This document shows, piece after piece, positions 1 to 9,544 of a DNA stretch of 64,000 nt. This DNA is from an uncultured Clostridium sp. GTDB lineage: Bacteria; Bacillota; Clostridia; TANB77; CAG-508. How positions within the stretch are numbered: position 1 is the first letter of the stretch; each line of letters opens with the position of its first letter. The notes under the pieces were generated by a model, which was not told the origin of the DNA, did no database searches, and saw nothing but the letters and a program-made list of their open reading frames with translations. Location of the stretch: assembly GCA_946497695.1 (NCBI GenBank), contig CAMMLJ010000004.1, forward strand, positions 1,793 to 65,792. Reading direction: 5' to 3'. Position numbers and translations under genes: made by a program.

Positions 1-43
1 AAAAAAATGGATTTATAAATGAACTTGGTTTAATAATAAACTA

Positions 44-71
44 AAATTCCTAGAAATAGGAATTTTTTTTT
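44..71 (+). terminator. intrinsic terminator-like hairpin (3' end of a gene upstream of the window)
   Basis: AAATTCCTA (44-52) pairs with TAGGAATTT (57-65), 4-nt loop, T-run to 71. Confidence 0.6.
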
Positions 72-112
72 GCCTCTTTCATATAAATATAAAAAAGAAA
101 AGGAGGTAAAAA

Positions 113-1657
113 ATGAGTATAGAAGTTTTGCAAGACAATATATGTATTAATAGATTAGTAGAAAGGAAGAAAAAAGAAATTACATTAGAAAGTTCTATTA
201 TAGTTCCAGATGTTAAACCAGATATTGTAAAACCTATAGATCTAAGTGGAAATGTTTGTATATATAAAAAAGAAATAATAAATGGGAGAATAAAAATTGA
301 TGGGACAATAGATTGTAACATCATATATTTAGTAGATAGTGTAGATGAAAGTATAAGGGGTCTTAATAGTAATATAGATTTTTCTGAGTTTTTAGAAATT
401 GATAGCAATATTTCTGAAGCTGATATAGATGCAAATATAATTATAAAAAATATGGAATGTGAAGTATTGAATGGAAGAAAAGTTAATTTAAAAGCTACTA
501 TAGAGTTAAGTGCTAGACTATATTCAAATGATGGTGTAAACATTTTGAAGGATATAAATGGCGCAAGAGGAATACAAAAACTTAATAAAATAGTTCAATT
601 AAATTCTATGGTTGGGAAAAATACTGCTAAATCTATTGCAAAGGAAAATATAATATTAAATCAAGAAGAACATGTTGTAGAGATACTAAAGAAAGAAATA
701 AGAATAATAAATAAAGATTTTAAGATTAGTTATAATAAGGTTGTAGCTAAATCAGAGGTTAGTGTTAAAATATTATATTTAACAGAAGATGGAAGAATAA
801 ACTATGTAGAGAAAATAATTCCTATTATGGGATTTATAGATATGGAAAATGTAACAGAAGAAAATATTTGTGATGTAAAATATTGTATGAAAAATATATT
901 AGTAAAATTAAATAATACTGATGAAAATTCTATATATTTAGAAATAGAAGTAGAGATTAGTTGTTATTCATATGAGACAAAAGATGTAGAGTTAATACAA
1001 GATGTTTATACTCCTTTTTCTAATATTGAATATAATCGAAAAAGTATAAAAGCAATGGTAGGACTTCAAAATATAAGTGATAAATATGCAATAAATGAAC
1101 AGATACTAAGTCCAGAGATTAGTAATAGTAGAATATATAATGTTAGTACTACAACAAATATAAATACTGTAAAAATAGTAGGAAGTAAGGCTATTTATGA
1201 AGGCGAAGCTTTTGTAAATATTTTATATGAAAGTACAGAAGTAACTCGTATAGATAAAAAAGAATTTAAATTTCCAATTAATTATGAAATAGACATTTTA
1301 GAAGGCATGAACGAAGAAAATCTAGATATTATGTTGGAGGTAGAAAATTATAATGTATCATCACAAGATGATAATATTCAAGTTAATATAGAACTAAATA
1401 TAAGTACAAAAATGTTTAAAACTATTGAACTTAATATAATTGATAATGTAGAAGAAAAAGAACTAGAAAATCAAGAAGAATATAGCATTATAGTATATTT
1501 TGTTAAAGCTGGAGATACTTTGTGGAATATAGCTAAGAAATATAGAAGTACTGTAGAAAATATAAAACAAATTAATAATATTGAAGATGAGGATAAATTA
1601 GAAATAAATCAACAATTGTTTATTCCAAGATATGTAGAAAAAGTTAAGGCTATGTAG
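113..1657 (+). CDS. spore-coat morphogenetic protein candidate (SipL/SpoVID-like): DUF3794/SPOCS-type region plus C-terminal LysM
   Basis: 514-aa ORF with AAAGGAGG RBS. N-terminal IIVPDVKPDIVKPID...GRIKIDGTIDCNIIYL pattern is typical of DUF3794. C-terminal LysM (VKAGDTLWNIAKKYRSTVENIKQINNI...INQQLFIP). Confidence 0.7.
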   Translation: MSIEVLQDNICINRLVERKKKEITLESSIIVPDVKPDIVKPIDLSGNVCIYKKEIINGRIKIDGTIDCNIIYLVDSVDESIRGLNSNIDFSEFLEIDSNISEADIDANIIIKNMECEVLNGRKVNLKATIELSARLYSNDGVNILKDINGARGIQKLNKIVQLNSMVGKNTAKSIAKENIILNQEEHVVEILKKEIRIINKDFKISYNKVVAKSEVSVKILYLTEDGRINYVEKIIPIMGFIDMENVTEENICDVKYCMKNILVKLNNTDENSIYLEIEVEISCYSYETKDVELIQDVYTPFSNIEYNRKSIKAMVGLQNISDKYAINEQILSPEISNSRIYNVSTTTNINTVKIVGSKAIYEGEAFVNILYESTEVTRIDKKEFKFPINYEIDILEGMNEENLDIMLEVENYNVSSQDDNIQVNIELNISTKMFKTIELNIIDNVEEKELENQEEYSIIVYFVKAGDTLWNIAKKYRSTVENIKQINNIEDEDKLEINQQLFIPRYVEKVKAM

Positions 1658-1658
1658 T

Positions 1659-2321
1659 ATGGAAAAGATATATTCTAGAAAGAAAATAAATCTTTCTAAA
1701 AAGTGTAGAATGCTAATATTAGTATTAGTAACAGCATTGTTTACAGTGGTATACTTAATAAAAACGATAGGTCCTACGTTTAACCAGTTATGTTTAAGTG
1801 AAGCAAAATCAACTGCAACACAAATTGTACATGAAACGATAGATGAGGTAATGGAAAAATACGGGTATAATGATTTAATTACAACAGTAAAGGATAAAGA
1901 TGGCAAAATAGTATCTATGCAAGCGAATATTGCAGTAATGAATAAAATTGTTTCTCAAATTGCACTTAAGATACAGGAGAAAATAGACAATCAAGATAGT
2001 AGAGATATTTCTATAAGATTAGGAACCTTTACTGGAATCACATTATTATCAGGGCGAGGCCCGAAGGTTCCTATTAGAATTTCTAGTATAGGTAATTTGG
2101 ATACAAAATTAAATAGTGAATTTCTATCTGCAGGAATAAATCAATCTATACATAGAATATTTGCTAATATTAATTGCAAAATAGATGTATTAACACCATT
2201 TAATACTATAAGCAGTCAGATCGAGGAAAAGGTTATATTAGCAGAAAATGTGATTATAGGTGAAATCCCAGAAAACTATTTAGATTTAGGAAATTTGTTA
2301 AATACAAGCAAAAATAATTAG
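1659..2321 (+). CDS. yunB: sporulation protein YunB
   Basis: 220 aa, N-terminal TM helix, conserved YunB core (IRLGTFTGITLLSGRGPKVPIRISSIGN...INQSIHRI). Confidence 0.75.
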   Translation: MEKIYSRKKINLSKKCRMLILVLVTALFTVVYLIKTIGPTFNQLCLSEAKSTATQIVHETIDEVMEKYGYNDLITTVKDKDGKIVSMQANIAVMNKIVSQIALKIQEKIDNQDSRDISIRLGTFTGITLLSGRGPKVPIRISSIGNLDTKLNSEFLSAGINQSIHRIFANINCKIDVLTPFNTISSQIEEKVILAENVIIGEIPENYLDLGNLLNTSKNN

Positions 2322-2377
2322 TTAACATATTAAATTTCAAAAAAATTCAAAAAAAACTCCCCAAAACCCGAAAAACG

Positions 2378-2386
2378 TGTTATAAT
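2378..2386 (+). promoter_or_regulatory. extended -10 promoter element upstream of the ftsZ-like gene
   Basis: TGTTATAAT (TGnTATAAT) about 75 nt upstream of the start codon; no convincing -35. Confidence 0.35.
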
Positions 2387-2460
2387 GTGGACGAAGTGTT
2401 ATATTTTATAAAATGCCTGGTAATATATTATTGAAATATAATAAATAAAGGAGATAATAT

Positions 2461-3408
2461 ATGGATAAATTAAATGTAAAGAATCTAATTAATATTAAAG
2501 TAATTGGAATCGGTGGAGCCGGTAACAATGCTGTTAACAGAATGATTGAGGATGGAATTGACGGGGTAGAATTTTATGAGTTTAACACAGAAGTAAAAGT
2601 TCTTGAGGAAGCAAAAACAAAAAATGTTATGCAAATCGGGAAAGAAATTACAAAAGGATTAGGTGCTGGCGGAGATGTATCCATAGGTGAAAGAGCAGCA
2701 ATGGAAAATAAAGAAGAAATCAAGAATATATTACAAGGTACAGATTTATTGTTCTTAACTGCCGGAATGGGTGGTGGAACAGGAACTGGAGCAATTCCTG
2801 CAATAGCACAATTTGCAAAAGAAATGGGAATTTTAACAGTAGGTATAGTTTCTAAACCATTTTCTTTTGAAGGAAAAGTACGAATGGCAAGAGCAGAAAG
2901 AGGAATAGATGAATTACGTGAAAATGTAAATTCATTAATTGTTGTTTTAAACGATAATCTATTAAAAGGTAACTCTAGAATTACATTACAAAATGCATTT
3001 AAAGAAGTAGATCTAGTTTTAGAAAAAGGAATAAAAGGAATAACAGATCAAATTGCAACACCTGGTTTAGTAAACATAGACTTTGCAGATATAAGAACAA
3101 TTATAGGATACAAAGGAAATGCATACATGGGTATAGGTAGAGGAAAAGGTGAACACAGAAATGAACTAGCTGTAAAAGAAGCAATTGGTAATCCTCTAAC
3201 AGAAACTATGATACAAGGGGCAAAAGGAGTAATTGTAAACATTGCAGGTAGTGAAGAAATGCCTTTAGATGAAATAAATGCAATAATGACTGTAATTGGA
3301 GATAAAGTAGATAATCCAGAAGCAAATATTATCTTTGGAACAATAATAGACAATTCTTTAGAAGATGAAATAGTTATTACTGTAATTGCAACAGGAATAG
3401 ATAAATAA
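2461..3408 (+). CDS. ftsZ: FtsZ-family tubulin-like GTPase, short form lacking C-terminal linker and C-terminal peptide
   Basis: 315 aa. Motifs GIGGAGNNAVNRM, GLGAGG, tubulin signature AGMGGGTGTGA, T7 loop NIDFADI. The ORF ends 4 aa after the core-terminal VITVIATG. Confidence 0.85.
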   Translation: MDKLNVKNLINIKVIGIGGAGNNAVNRMIEDGIDGVEFYEFNTEVKVLEEAKTKNVMQIGKEITKGLGAGGDVSIGERAAMENKEEIKNILQGTDLLFLTAGMGGGTGTGAIPAIAQFAKEMGILTVGIVSKPFSFEGKVRMARAERGIDELRENVNSLIVVLNDNLLKGNSRITLQNAFKEVDLVLEKGIKGITDQIATPGLVNIDFADIRTIIGYKGNAYMGIGRGKGEHRNELAVKEAIGNPLTETMIQGAKGVIVNIAGSEEMPLDEINAIMTVIGDKVDNPEANIIFGTIIDNSLEDEIVITVIATGIDK

Positions 3409-3412
3409 AATC

Positions 3413-3439
3413 GGGATTTGGGGACGTTCCTTAAATCCC
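3413..3439 (+). repeat. REP-like hairpin unit (locus A)
   Basis: GGGATTTGGGGACGTTCCTTAAATCCC. Stem GGGATTT/AAATCCC with a 13-nt loop. Starts 5 nt after the ftsZ-like stop codon. Confidence 0.9.
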
Positions 3440-3494
3440 TATTTGGTCACATAAAATAATTAAAGTGCATTAATGATGAATATAGTAAAAAACA

Positions 3495-3538
3495 AAACAC
3501 CTTAATGTTAAAAAAATAACATTTAGAGGTGTTTTTTC
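3495..3538 (+). terminator. intrinsic terminator
   Basis: AAACACCTTAATGTTA / TAACATTTAGAGGTGTTT imperfect long stem followed by a T-run. Confidence 0.65.
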
Positions 3539-3580
3539 TTGTGTAAATATGATAAGATTTAGCATATATGAGGTGAGCAG

Positions 3581-6500
3581 ATGAGTTTAAGATTAATATA
3601 TGGAAAATCTGGATGTGGAAAAAGCGAATATTGTTTTAATGAGATAGCAAAAAATATTAATAAAGAAAAAATATATATGATTGTGCCAAACCAAATGGCT
3701 TTAATGGCAGAAAAAAGATTGATGGAAAAGGCAAATAATTTGGCATTAGTAAATACAGAAGTAATTACATTTAGCAGAATGGCATTTAGAGTAAGAAATG
3801 AGATAGGCGGAGCAAAAAAAACTAATTTAAGTAAAAGTGGTAAAGCAATGCTTCTTTATGATATTTTAAGTAAGTGCAAAGATAATTTGAATTTCTTAGG
3901 GAAGAATGCAGAAAATGTTGATATTATAGGAAATTCAATTACAGAATTTAAAAAACATAGAATAAATATAGAAAACTTAAAAGAAGAGTCTAATACAACT
4001 ACTGATATGTATTTAAAGCTAAAATTAAATGATATGATTACAATGTATGAAGAATTTGAAAAAAGTATACAAGATAAATTTTTAGACGAAAATGATGTAT
4101 TAGATATTTTAAATACACAAATTTTAGAAAGTAATCAGTTTAAAAATGCAATAATTTATATAGATGAATTTGTCGGATTTACAACACAGGAATATGAGAT
4201 TATAGTAAAATTAATGCAACTTGCAAAAGAAGTAAATATTACGATCTGTACAGATAATTTGGTTCAACAAGAAGAGGCAGATAAAGATATTTTTTATGAT
4301 AATAAAAATACAGGAATCAAACTAATTAATTTAGCAAAAGAATATGGAATAGAAATAAAAGATGATGTAAAACTTACCGAGTTATATAGCTTTAAAAATG
4401 AAGAATTAAAGCATTTAGAAGAGAATTTTTATGCAGTACCATATAAAACATATAAAGAAGAGCCAAAAAATATAAAAATGTTTTTAGCAAATAACCAATA
4501 TACAGAGATAGAACATGTTGCTTCAGAAATAGTAAAATTAGTTAGAAACGAAAATTATAGATATAAAGATATATCTGTTATAACTAAAAATTTAAATTTA
4601 TATTCTAGTTTAATAAAAGTTATTTTTGCGGGCTATAATATTCCAGTTTTTATAGATGAAAAAAAGGAATTAAGTGAAAACATTTTAGTAAAATTTTTAA
4701 TAGCAGTATTAGAGATTTGTAATAAAAATTGGTCATATGAAGCTGTATTTAATTATTTAAAAACGGGTTTTGTAAATATAGACAAAGAAGAAATTTTTAA
4801 ACTAGAAAACTATTGTATAAGATGGGGAATAAAAGGTAATAAGTGGTATAAAGAAGATTGGAATTATGTAGGAAAAGATAAATATACAGAAGAGGAACTT
4901 GCAAGACTAAATGAACTAAGAAAAATGATTGTTACACCAATTAGAAAAATGCAAGAAAAGGCTAAGAAAGATAATAGTTTTATAAATTTAACTAAGATTT
5001 TATACGAATTTTTAGAAGAGATGAAGATAGAAGAAGTTATTACTTCTAAAATAGAAAAATTAGAAGAAAAAGGATTTATAGAGATTGCAAATGAATACGA
5101 AAGTAGTTTTAAAGTCCTTATAGAATTATTTGATGAAATCGTATTGGTCTTTGGAGAAGAAAAAACTAATTTTGATAAATATATAAATATATTAAAAATT
5201 GGTTTAAAAAATACAGGACTTGGAAAGATTCCAGCAACACAGGATCAAGTTATTGTTGGGGATGTAAGTAGATCTAGAAGTCACAAAGTTAGAGCAGTAT
5301 TTATAATAGGAATAAATGATGGTGAATTTCCAAGTATCTATAAAGATGAAGGATTCTTTAACGACAAAGATAGGGAATATTTAAAAGCACAGGGCTTTGA
5401 TCTAGCGAATGGAAGTTTAGAAAATTTATATGAAGAAAACTTTAATATATATAAAGCTTTTACAATTGCAGAAGAAAAATTATTCTTATCATATGCGTCA
5501 TCAGACAATGAAGGAAGAACATTAAGACCTTCTATATTAATTACTAAATTAAAGAAAATCTATCCAAAGCTAAAAGAAACAAGTGACATAATTACTCAAG
5601 AAAAAGAAATTATCACTACAAACAATACATTTGATAATTTAATAGAAAAATTAAATGCATATCAAGAAGGAGAAGAGATAGAAGATATTTGGTTTGATGT
5701 GTTAAAATATTATGAGAATAATCCACTATGGAAAGGTAGATTACAAAAAAGCCTAGAAGGAATAAAATATACGAATGTTCCAGAAAAGATTAAACCAGAA
5801 TTTATAAAAAAATTATATGGAGAAACTTTACATACAACAATTTCGAGATTAGAAAGATATAGAAGTTGTCCATTTTCGTTCTACCTAGAATATGGACTAA
5901 AACTAAAAGAGAAGAAATCATTAAAGTTACAACCAATAGATACAGGATCTTTTATGCATGAGGTTATAGATGAATTTTTTGAAGAAGTTGCAGATAAAAA
6001 AATAAGTATAAAAGAACTTGAAAAAGAAGAGATAGAAAAAATAGTAAAACAAATAATAGAAGAAAAGTTAAATTTAAAAGCTAATTATATTTTTAAAAGT
6101 ATTCCAAAATTTATGGTGCTAACAAATAGATTATGCAGGCTAGTAGCTCTTTCTATAGTATATATTGTTCAAGGTTTACAAACTACTGATTTTGAGGTAG
6201 TAGGCAATGAGCTAGAATTTAAAAACGGGAAGGAATATAAGCCAATAGAGATAACAACATCAGATGGAAGAAAAGTAGAGATAACAGGTAAGATAGATAG
6301 AATTGATTTAGCAAAAGATGAAACTGGAAAATATATTAGGATAATAGATTATAAATCATCAGCAAAAGATATAAACTTAAATGAAGTATTAGCTGGTTTA
6401 CAATTGCAATTAATTACATATTTAGACGCAGTATGCGAAGAAAAGGATGTAATACCAGCAGGAGTATTATATTTTGGCTTAACAGAGCCTAAATTAGATA

Positions 6501-6949
6501 AAGTAAAAAATGCTAAAAACATAACAGATGAAGAGGTAGAACAAAAAATAAGAGAACACTTTAGAATGAATGGGTTAGTATTGGCAGAGATGAATGTAAT
6601 TAATATGATGGATAATAACTTAAAAGATGGCGAGAAATCTACTACAATTCCAGTTAAATTAAAGAAAGATGGAAGTATGGATAAAACATCTAAAGTAGTA
6701 TCAAGAAAGGAATTCGAAATACTACAAAAATATGTAAAGAAAACTTTAGGAGATATTTCTAAAGAGATTTTAGATGGAAATATAGACATAAAGCCATATT
6801 ATAATGTTAAAAATAAAAGAAAACCATGTGAATATTGTGTATATGGTTCAATATGTAATTTTAAAAAGGGTTTTTATGGAAATGACTATAATTATATAGA
6901 CAATCTAGAAAAAGATTATATATTAGAATATATGAAACATGAAATTTAG
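3581..6949 (+). CDS. addB: helicase-exonuclease AddAB, subunit AddB
   Basis: 1122 aa. N-terminal Walker A GKSGCGKS. C-terminal nuclease/Fe-S cysteines (RYRSCPFSFY ... KPCEYCVYGSICNF). Confidence 0.9.
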   Translation: MSLRLIYGKSGCGKSEYCFNEIAKNINKEKIYMIVPNQMALMAEKRLMEKANNLALVNTEVITFSRMAFRVRNEIGGAKKTNLSKSGKAMLLYDILSKCKDNLNFLGKNAENVDIIGNSITEFKKHRINIENLKEESNTTTDMYLKLKLNDMITMYEEFEKSIQDKFLDENDVLDILNTQILESNQFKNAIIYIDEFVGFTTQEYEIIVKLMQLAKEVNITICTDNLVQQEEADKDIFYDNKNTGIKLINLAKEYGIEIKDDVKLTELYSFKNEELKHLEENFYAVPYKTYKEEPKNIKMFLANNQYTEIEHVASEIVKLVRNENYRYKDISVITKNLNLYSSLIKVIFAGYNIPVFIDEKKELSENILVKFLIAVLEICNKNWSYEAVFNYLKTGFVNIDKEEIFKLENYCIRWGIKGNKWYKEDWNYVGKDKYTEEELARLNELRKMIVTPIRKMQEKAKKDNSFINLTKILYEFLEEMKIEEVITSKIEKLEEKGFIEIANEYESSFKVLIELFDEIVLVFGEEKTNFDKYINILKIGLKNTGLGKIPATQDQVIVGDVSRSRSHKVRAVFIIGINDGEFPSIYKDEGFFNDKDREYLKAQGFDLANGSLENLYEENFNIYKAFTIAEEKLFLSYASSDNEGRTLRPSILITKLKKIYPKLKETSDIITQEKEIITTNNTFDNLIEKLNAYQEGEEIEDIWFDVLKYYENNPLWKGRLQKSLEGIKYTNVPEKIKPEFIKKLYGETLHTTISRLERYRSCPFSFYLEYGLKLKEKKSLKLQPIDTGSFMHEVIDEFFEEVADKKISIKELEKEEIEKIVKQIIEEKLNLKANYIFKSIPKFMVLTNRLCRLVALSIVYIVQGLQTTDFEVVGNELEFKNGKEYKPIEITTSDGRKVEITGKIDRIDLAKDETGKYIRIIDYKSSAKDINLNEVLAGLQLQLITYLDAVCEEKDVIPAGVLYFGLTEPKLDKVKNAKNITDEEVEQKIREHFRMNGLVLAEMNVINMMDNNLKDGEKSTTIPVKLKKDGSMDKTSKVVSRKEFEILQKYVKKTLGDISKEILDGNIDIKPYYNVKNKRKPCEYCVYGSICNFKKGFYGNDYNYIDNLEKDYILEYMKHEI

Positions 6950-7025
6950 GGACGTGGTTAAAAGGTCATAAGAATACGAAAACTACATTTAAAGCAAGTG
7001 CCTAGAATTTAGAAAGGAGAGACTA

Positions 7026-7805
7026 ATGGATTTAAGTAATGAAAACATAATACATGTCAAAAAAGATGATGTTGAATATTTACAGTTTAGAGAATTACTA
7101 AAATATGCAGATAACTTTCAACATGCATATTCGTTAAAACCATTGCAATTTAGTGATAAGAACGAACAAGCATCAGCAAATTATAAAAAAATATGTAAAG
7201 CATTGGAGATAGATTCAAACCAAATAATTAAGTCAGCACAAAAACATACAGATATCGTTAAAGATATAGAAGAATATACAGATGAAAAATTCGAATTTGT
7301 AGATGGATTTATAACAAATAAGAAGAATATACCATTAGTTACAAAATATGCAGATTGCACACCTATAATTTTATATGATAAAATCAAAAATGTAATAGGA
7401 AATGTACATTCAGGATGGAGAGGAACACTGCAAAGAATAAGTGTAAAAGCAGCTAAATTAATGATGGAAAAATATGATTGCAATCCAGCAGATATAATAG
7501 TGTGTATAGGACCATGCATAAAGCAATGTCATTTTCAAGTAGAAGCGGACTTTATAGCTAAATTCAAGCAAGAATTTGGAAATATAGATAAATATTATAA
7601 CCTAGGAGAAGTCATAGAAGGAAAACAAAAATATTATTTTGACACGACAAATTTAATAATAGATTATTTAAGCAAAATAGGAATAAAGAGAGAAAATATA
7701 TTTGACAGCGATATTTGTAGTGTTTGCAATGCAGATAGTATGTCTTCATACAGGGCAGAAAAAGATAAAGCAGATAGAAATATGAATATCGTAATGCTTA
7801 AATAG
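7026..7805 (+). CDS. pgeF: peptidoglycan editing factor PgeF / YfiH (laccase-domain, DUF152) family
   Basis: 259 aa; HSGWRGT motif and Cys/His ligand pattern (YADCTPI, IGPCIKQCHFQV). Confidence 0.8.
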   Translation: MDLSNENIIHVKKDDVEYLQFRELLKYADNFQHAYSLKPLQFSDKNEQASANYKKICKALEIDSNQIIKSAQKHTDIVKDIEEYTDEKFEFVDGFITNKKNIPLVTKYADCTPIILYDKIKNVIGNVHSGWRGTLQRISVKAAKLMMEKYDCNPADIIVCIGPCIKQCHFQVEADFIAKFKQEFGNIDKYYNLGEVIEGKQKYYFDTTNLIIDYLSKIGIKRENIFDSDICSVCNADSMSSYRAEKDKADRNMNIVMLK

Positions 7806-7862
7806 GGATTATAGGAATTTGGGGACGTTCCTTTAGGGATTTGGGGACATTCCTTAAATCCC
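7803..7862 (+). repeat. REP-like cluster (locus C): partial unit plus two tandem forward units, the last one hairpin-type
   Basis: TAGGGATT.., GGAATTTGGGGACGTTCC (7814-7831), GGGATTTGGGGACATTCCTTAAATCCC (7836-7862). The pgeF stop TAG (7803-7805) is the TAG of the first TAGGGATT. Confidence 0.9.
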
Positions 7863-7969
7863 GATTTACTATAAAATAAGATGAATTTTAGGCATAGGAG
7901 TAAAAAGTTGTTTAAAATAAAATTTGAATTTTAAGCTTTGTTCCTAAAGTTCAGAAGGGAGAAAAACAC

Positions 7970-8887
7970 ATGATACCAGCTAGGATACAAAAAGGTGATA
8001 CATTAGGAATTATTGCACCATCAGATAGTGTAACAGAGAAGAACTTAGAAGAATTTAATAATTCAATATTATTAATGGAAGGTTCTGGCTATAAATTAAA
8101 AATTGGAAAAAATGTATTTGCTAATCCAACAGGGTATGGTGCTACAGCAGAACAAAAAGCAGAAGACCTAAATAAAATGTTTGCAGATGATGATGTAAAA
8201 ATGGTTTGGTGTGCAAAAGGGGGATTTAATTCTAATTCTATTTTTGATTTGATTGATTATGAATTAATTAAAAAGAATCCAAAAATATTATGTGGTTATA
8301 GTGACACTACAGCTATAGCAAATATGATATACGAAAAAACAGGATTAGTCACATTTTCTGGTCAAACTTTTAAAGGGCTTTCAGCCTGTGAAACAGAATA
8401 TTGCTATAAAGAAATTATAAAAAGGTTTCAAGATGGAAGTTTAGAATTAGGAACAGAGGATGATGAATATAAAGTAATTAATCCAGGTCAGGCAGAAGGA
8501 ATTATGATTGGCGGAAATTTAAGCATTATGTCTAATCTAATAACAGGAAAATATAATGTAGATGTTACAGATAAAATTCTATTTTTAGAAGAATTTTGGT
8601 TAGAATCTCCACCTGAAGCAGTGAGTTCATATTTTTATAGGATGAAGCAAAATGATGTATTTAGCAAAATTAAAGGTATATGGCTTGGTGGATATGAGCA
8701 TGAATCTGGAATAACACTTGCACAAGTTTTAAAAGATACAATAGGGAATGAATATGATTTCCCAATAATCCAATCAGACAATTTTGGACATATTGATCCA
8801 AAAACAGTTATACCAATTGGTGTTAAAGTAAGAATAGATACAGATGATGAAGTAAAAATAAAATTATTAGAAGAGTGTGTAAAATAG
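7970..8887 (+). CDS. LD-carboxypeptidase (peptidase S66, LdcA/MccF-like)
   Basis: 305 aa; GDTLGIIAPS N-terminus, catalytic Ser context CGYSDTTAI, His context FGHIDP. Confidence 0.8.
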   Translation: MIPARIQKGDTLGIIAPSDSVTEKNLEEFNNSILLMEGSGYKLKIGKNVFANPTGYGATAEQKAEDLNKMFADDDVKMVWCAKGGFNSNSIFDLIDYELIKKNPKILCGYSDTTAIANMIYEKTGLVTFSGQTFKGLSACETEYCYKEIIKRFQDGSLELGTEDDEYKVINPGQAEGIMIGGNLSIMSNLITGKYNVDVTDKILFLEEFWLESPPEAVSSYFYRMKQNDVFSKIKGIWLGGYEHESGITLAQVLKDTIGNEYDFPIIQSDNFGHIDPKTVIPIGVKVRIDTDDEVKIKLLEECVK

Positions 8888-8905
8888 CATAAAGAGGTGT
8901 AAGAA

Positions 8906-9478
8906 TTGTACGACAATTGGGAGGATTTAGAAAAATCAATAATAGGTTGCAAAAAGTGCAAATTATGTACTAATAGAACTAATATAGTATTTGCAGATGG
9001 AAATAAAAATGCAAATGTAATGCTTATAGGAGAAGGTCCTGGAGCAGACGAAGATAAGCAAGGGGTACCTTTTGTAGGTAAAGCAGGACAATTAATGAAC
9101 AAAGCATTTGAGGGTTTAGGTATAGACAGAAAAAAACTATATATAGCTAATATTGTAAAATGTAGGCCACCATATAATAGAGTTCCAGAAGAAGATGAAG
9201 CAAAAGCATGCTTAGATTATTTAAGAAATCAAGTAATATTAGTAAAACCACAAATAATAGTGATTATGGGAAGTACAGCACTTCAAAATATACTTGGAAA
9301 AGAATATAAGATTACAGCCAGTAGAGGACATTGGATAGAAAAGAAAGGAATAATGTATATGCCAATATGGCACCCAGCAGCACTATTAAGAGACGAAAAC
9401 AAAAAAATAGACTTTTGGAGAGACTTTAAAAAAGTACTTAAAATGTGCGAAGAATTAAAAATTGAGATTGAAAAATAG
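8906..9478 (+). CDS. uracil-DNA glycosylase, family 4
   Basis: 190 aa, TTG start after AGAGGTG. CKKCKLC...NIVFADGN...VMLIGEGPGADEDKQGVPFVGKAGQLM is the family-4 UDG signature. Confidence 0.85.
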   Translation: MYDNWEDLEKSIIGCKKCKLCTNRTNIVFADGNKNANVMLIGEGPGADEDKQGVPFVGKAGQLMNKAFEGLGIDRKKLYIANIVKCRPPYNRVPEEDEAKACLDYLRNQVILVKPQIIVIMGSTALQNILGKEYKITASRGHWIEKKGIMYMPIWHPAALLRDENKKIDFWRDFKKVLKMCEELKIEIEK

Positions 9479-9544
9479 AAATTTAGATGTTAATTAAAAA
9501 TTTTAATTAAACATATGTAAGAGGAATGAGTATTGGAGGCTAAG

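Noticed and set aside
79-543. Many antisense or overlapping ORFs in the track. Examples: 79-543, 1598-1906, 3048-3353, 6349-6789, 7181-7519, 8635-9102, 10721-10999, 11262-11507, 12501-12704, 13414-13638, 16594-16935, 18246-18608, 18602-18826, 23410-24030, 24132-24426, 25117-25662, 27023-27265, 27559-27858, 29072-29293, 32035-33033, 33520-33807. Also the ORFs inside addB, smc, the ATPase and the PBP, plus 53137-53349, 53649-53897, 54132-54314, 56311-56499, 56787-57035 and 61091-61288.
   Set aside because: They lie opposite or inside strongly supported conserved genes, have low-complexity Leu/Ile/Phe/Ser-rich translations typical of AT-rich shadow frames, and lack RBS and motifs.
2357-2370. Weak repeat-like fragments: CTCCCCAAAACCCG (2357-2370), ATTTAGGGACGTGG (6944-6958), GAAACGTCCTTATGTCCCGAT (46628-46650), ACATTTTTTCCCT (about 60573-60585) and TAGGGATAGGGC (33327-33338)
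   Set aside because: They are too degenerate to call as repeat units by eye. I mention them only as possible decayed copies, and they are not counted in the family total.
3406-3459. Read-through of the ftsZ-like TAA would add NRDLGTFLKSLFGHIK, and DLGTFLK resembles the FtsZ C-terminal peptide D-I-P-x-F-L-R
   Set aside because: The peptide is encoded by the dispersed REP unit itself, which gives the same translation wherever it occurs, so the resemblance is most likely chance. No linker region is present either. It would only be worth revisiting if stop-codon read-through is detected.
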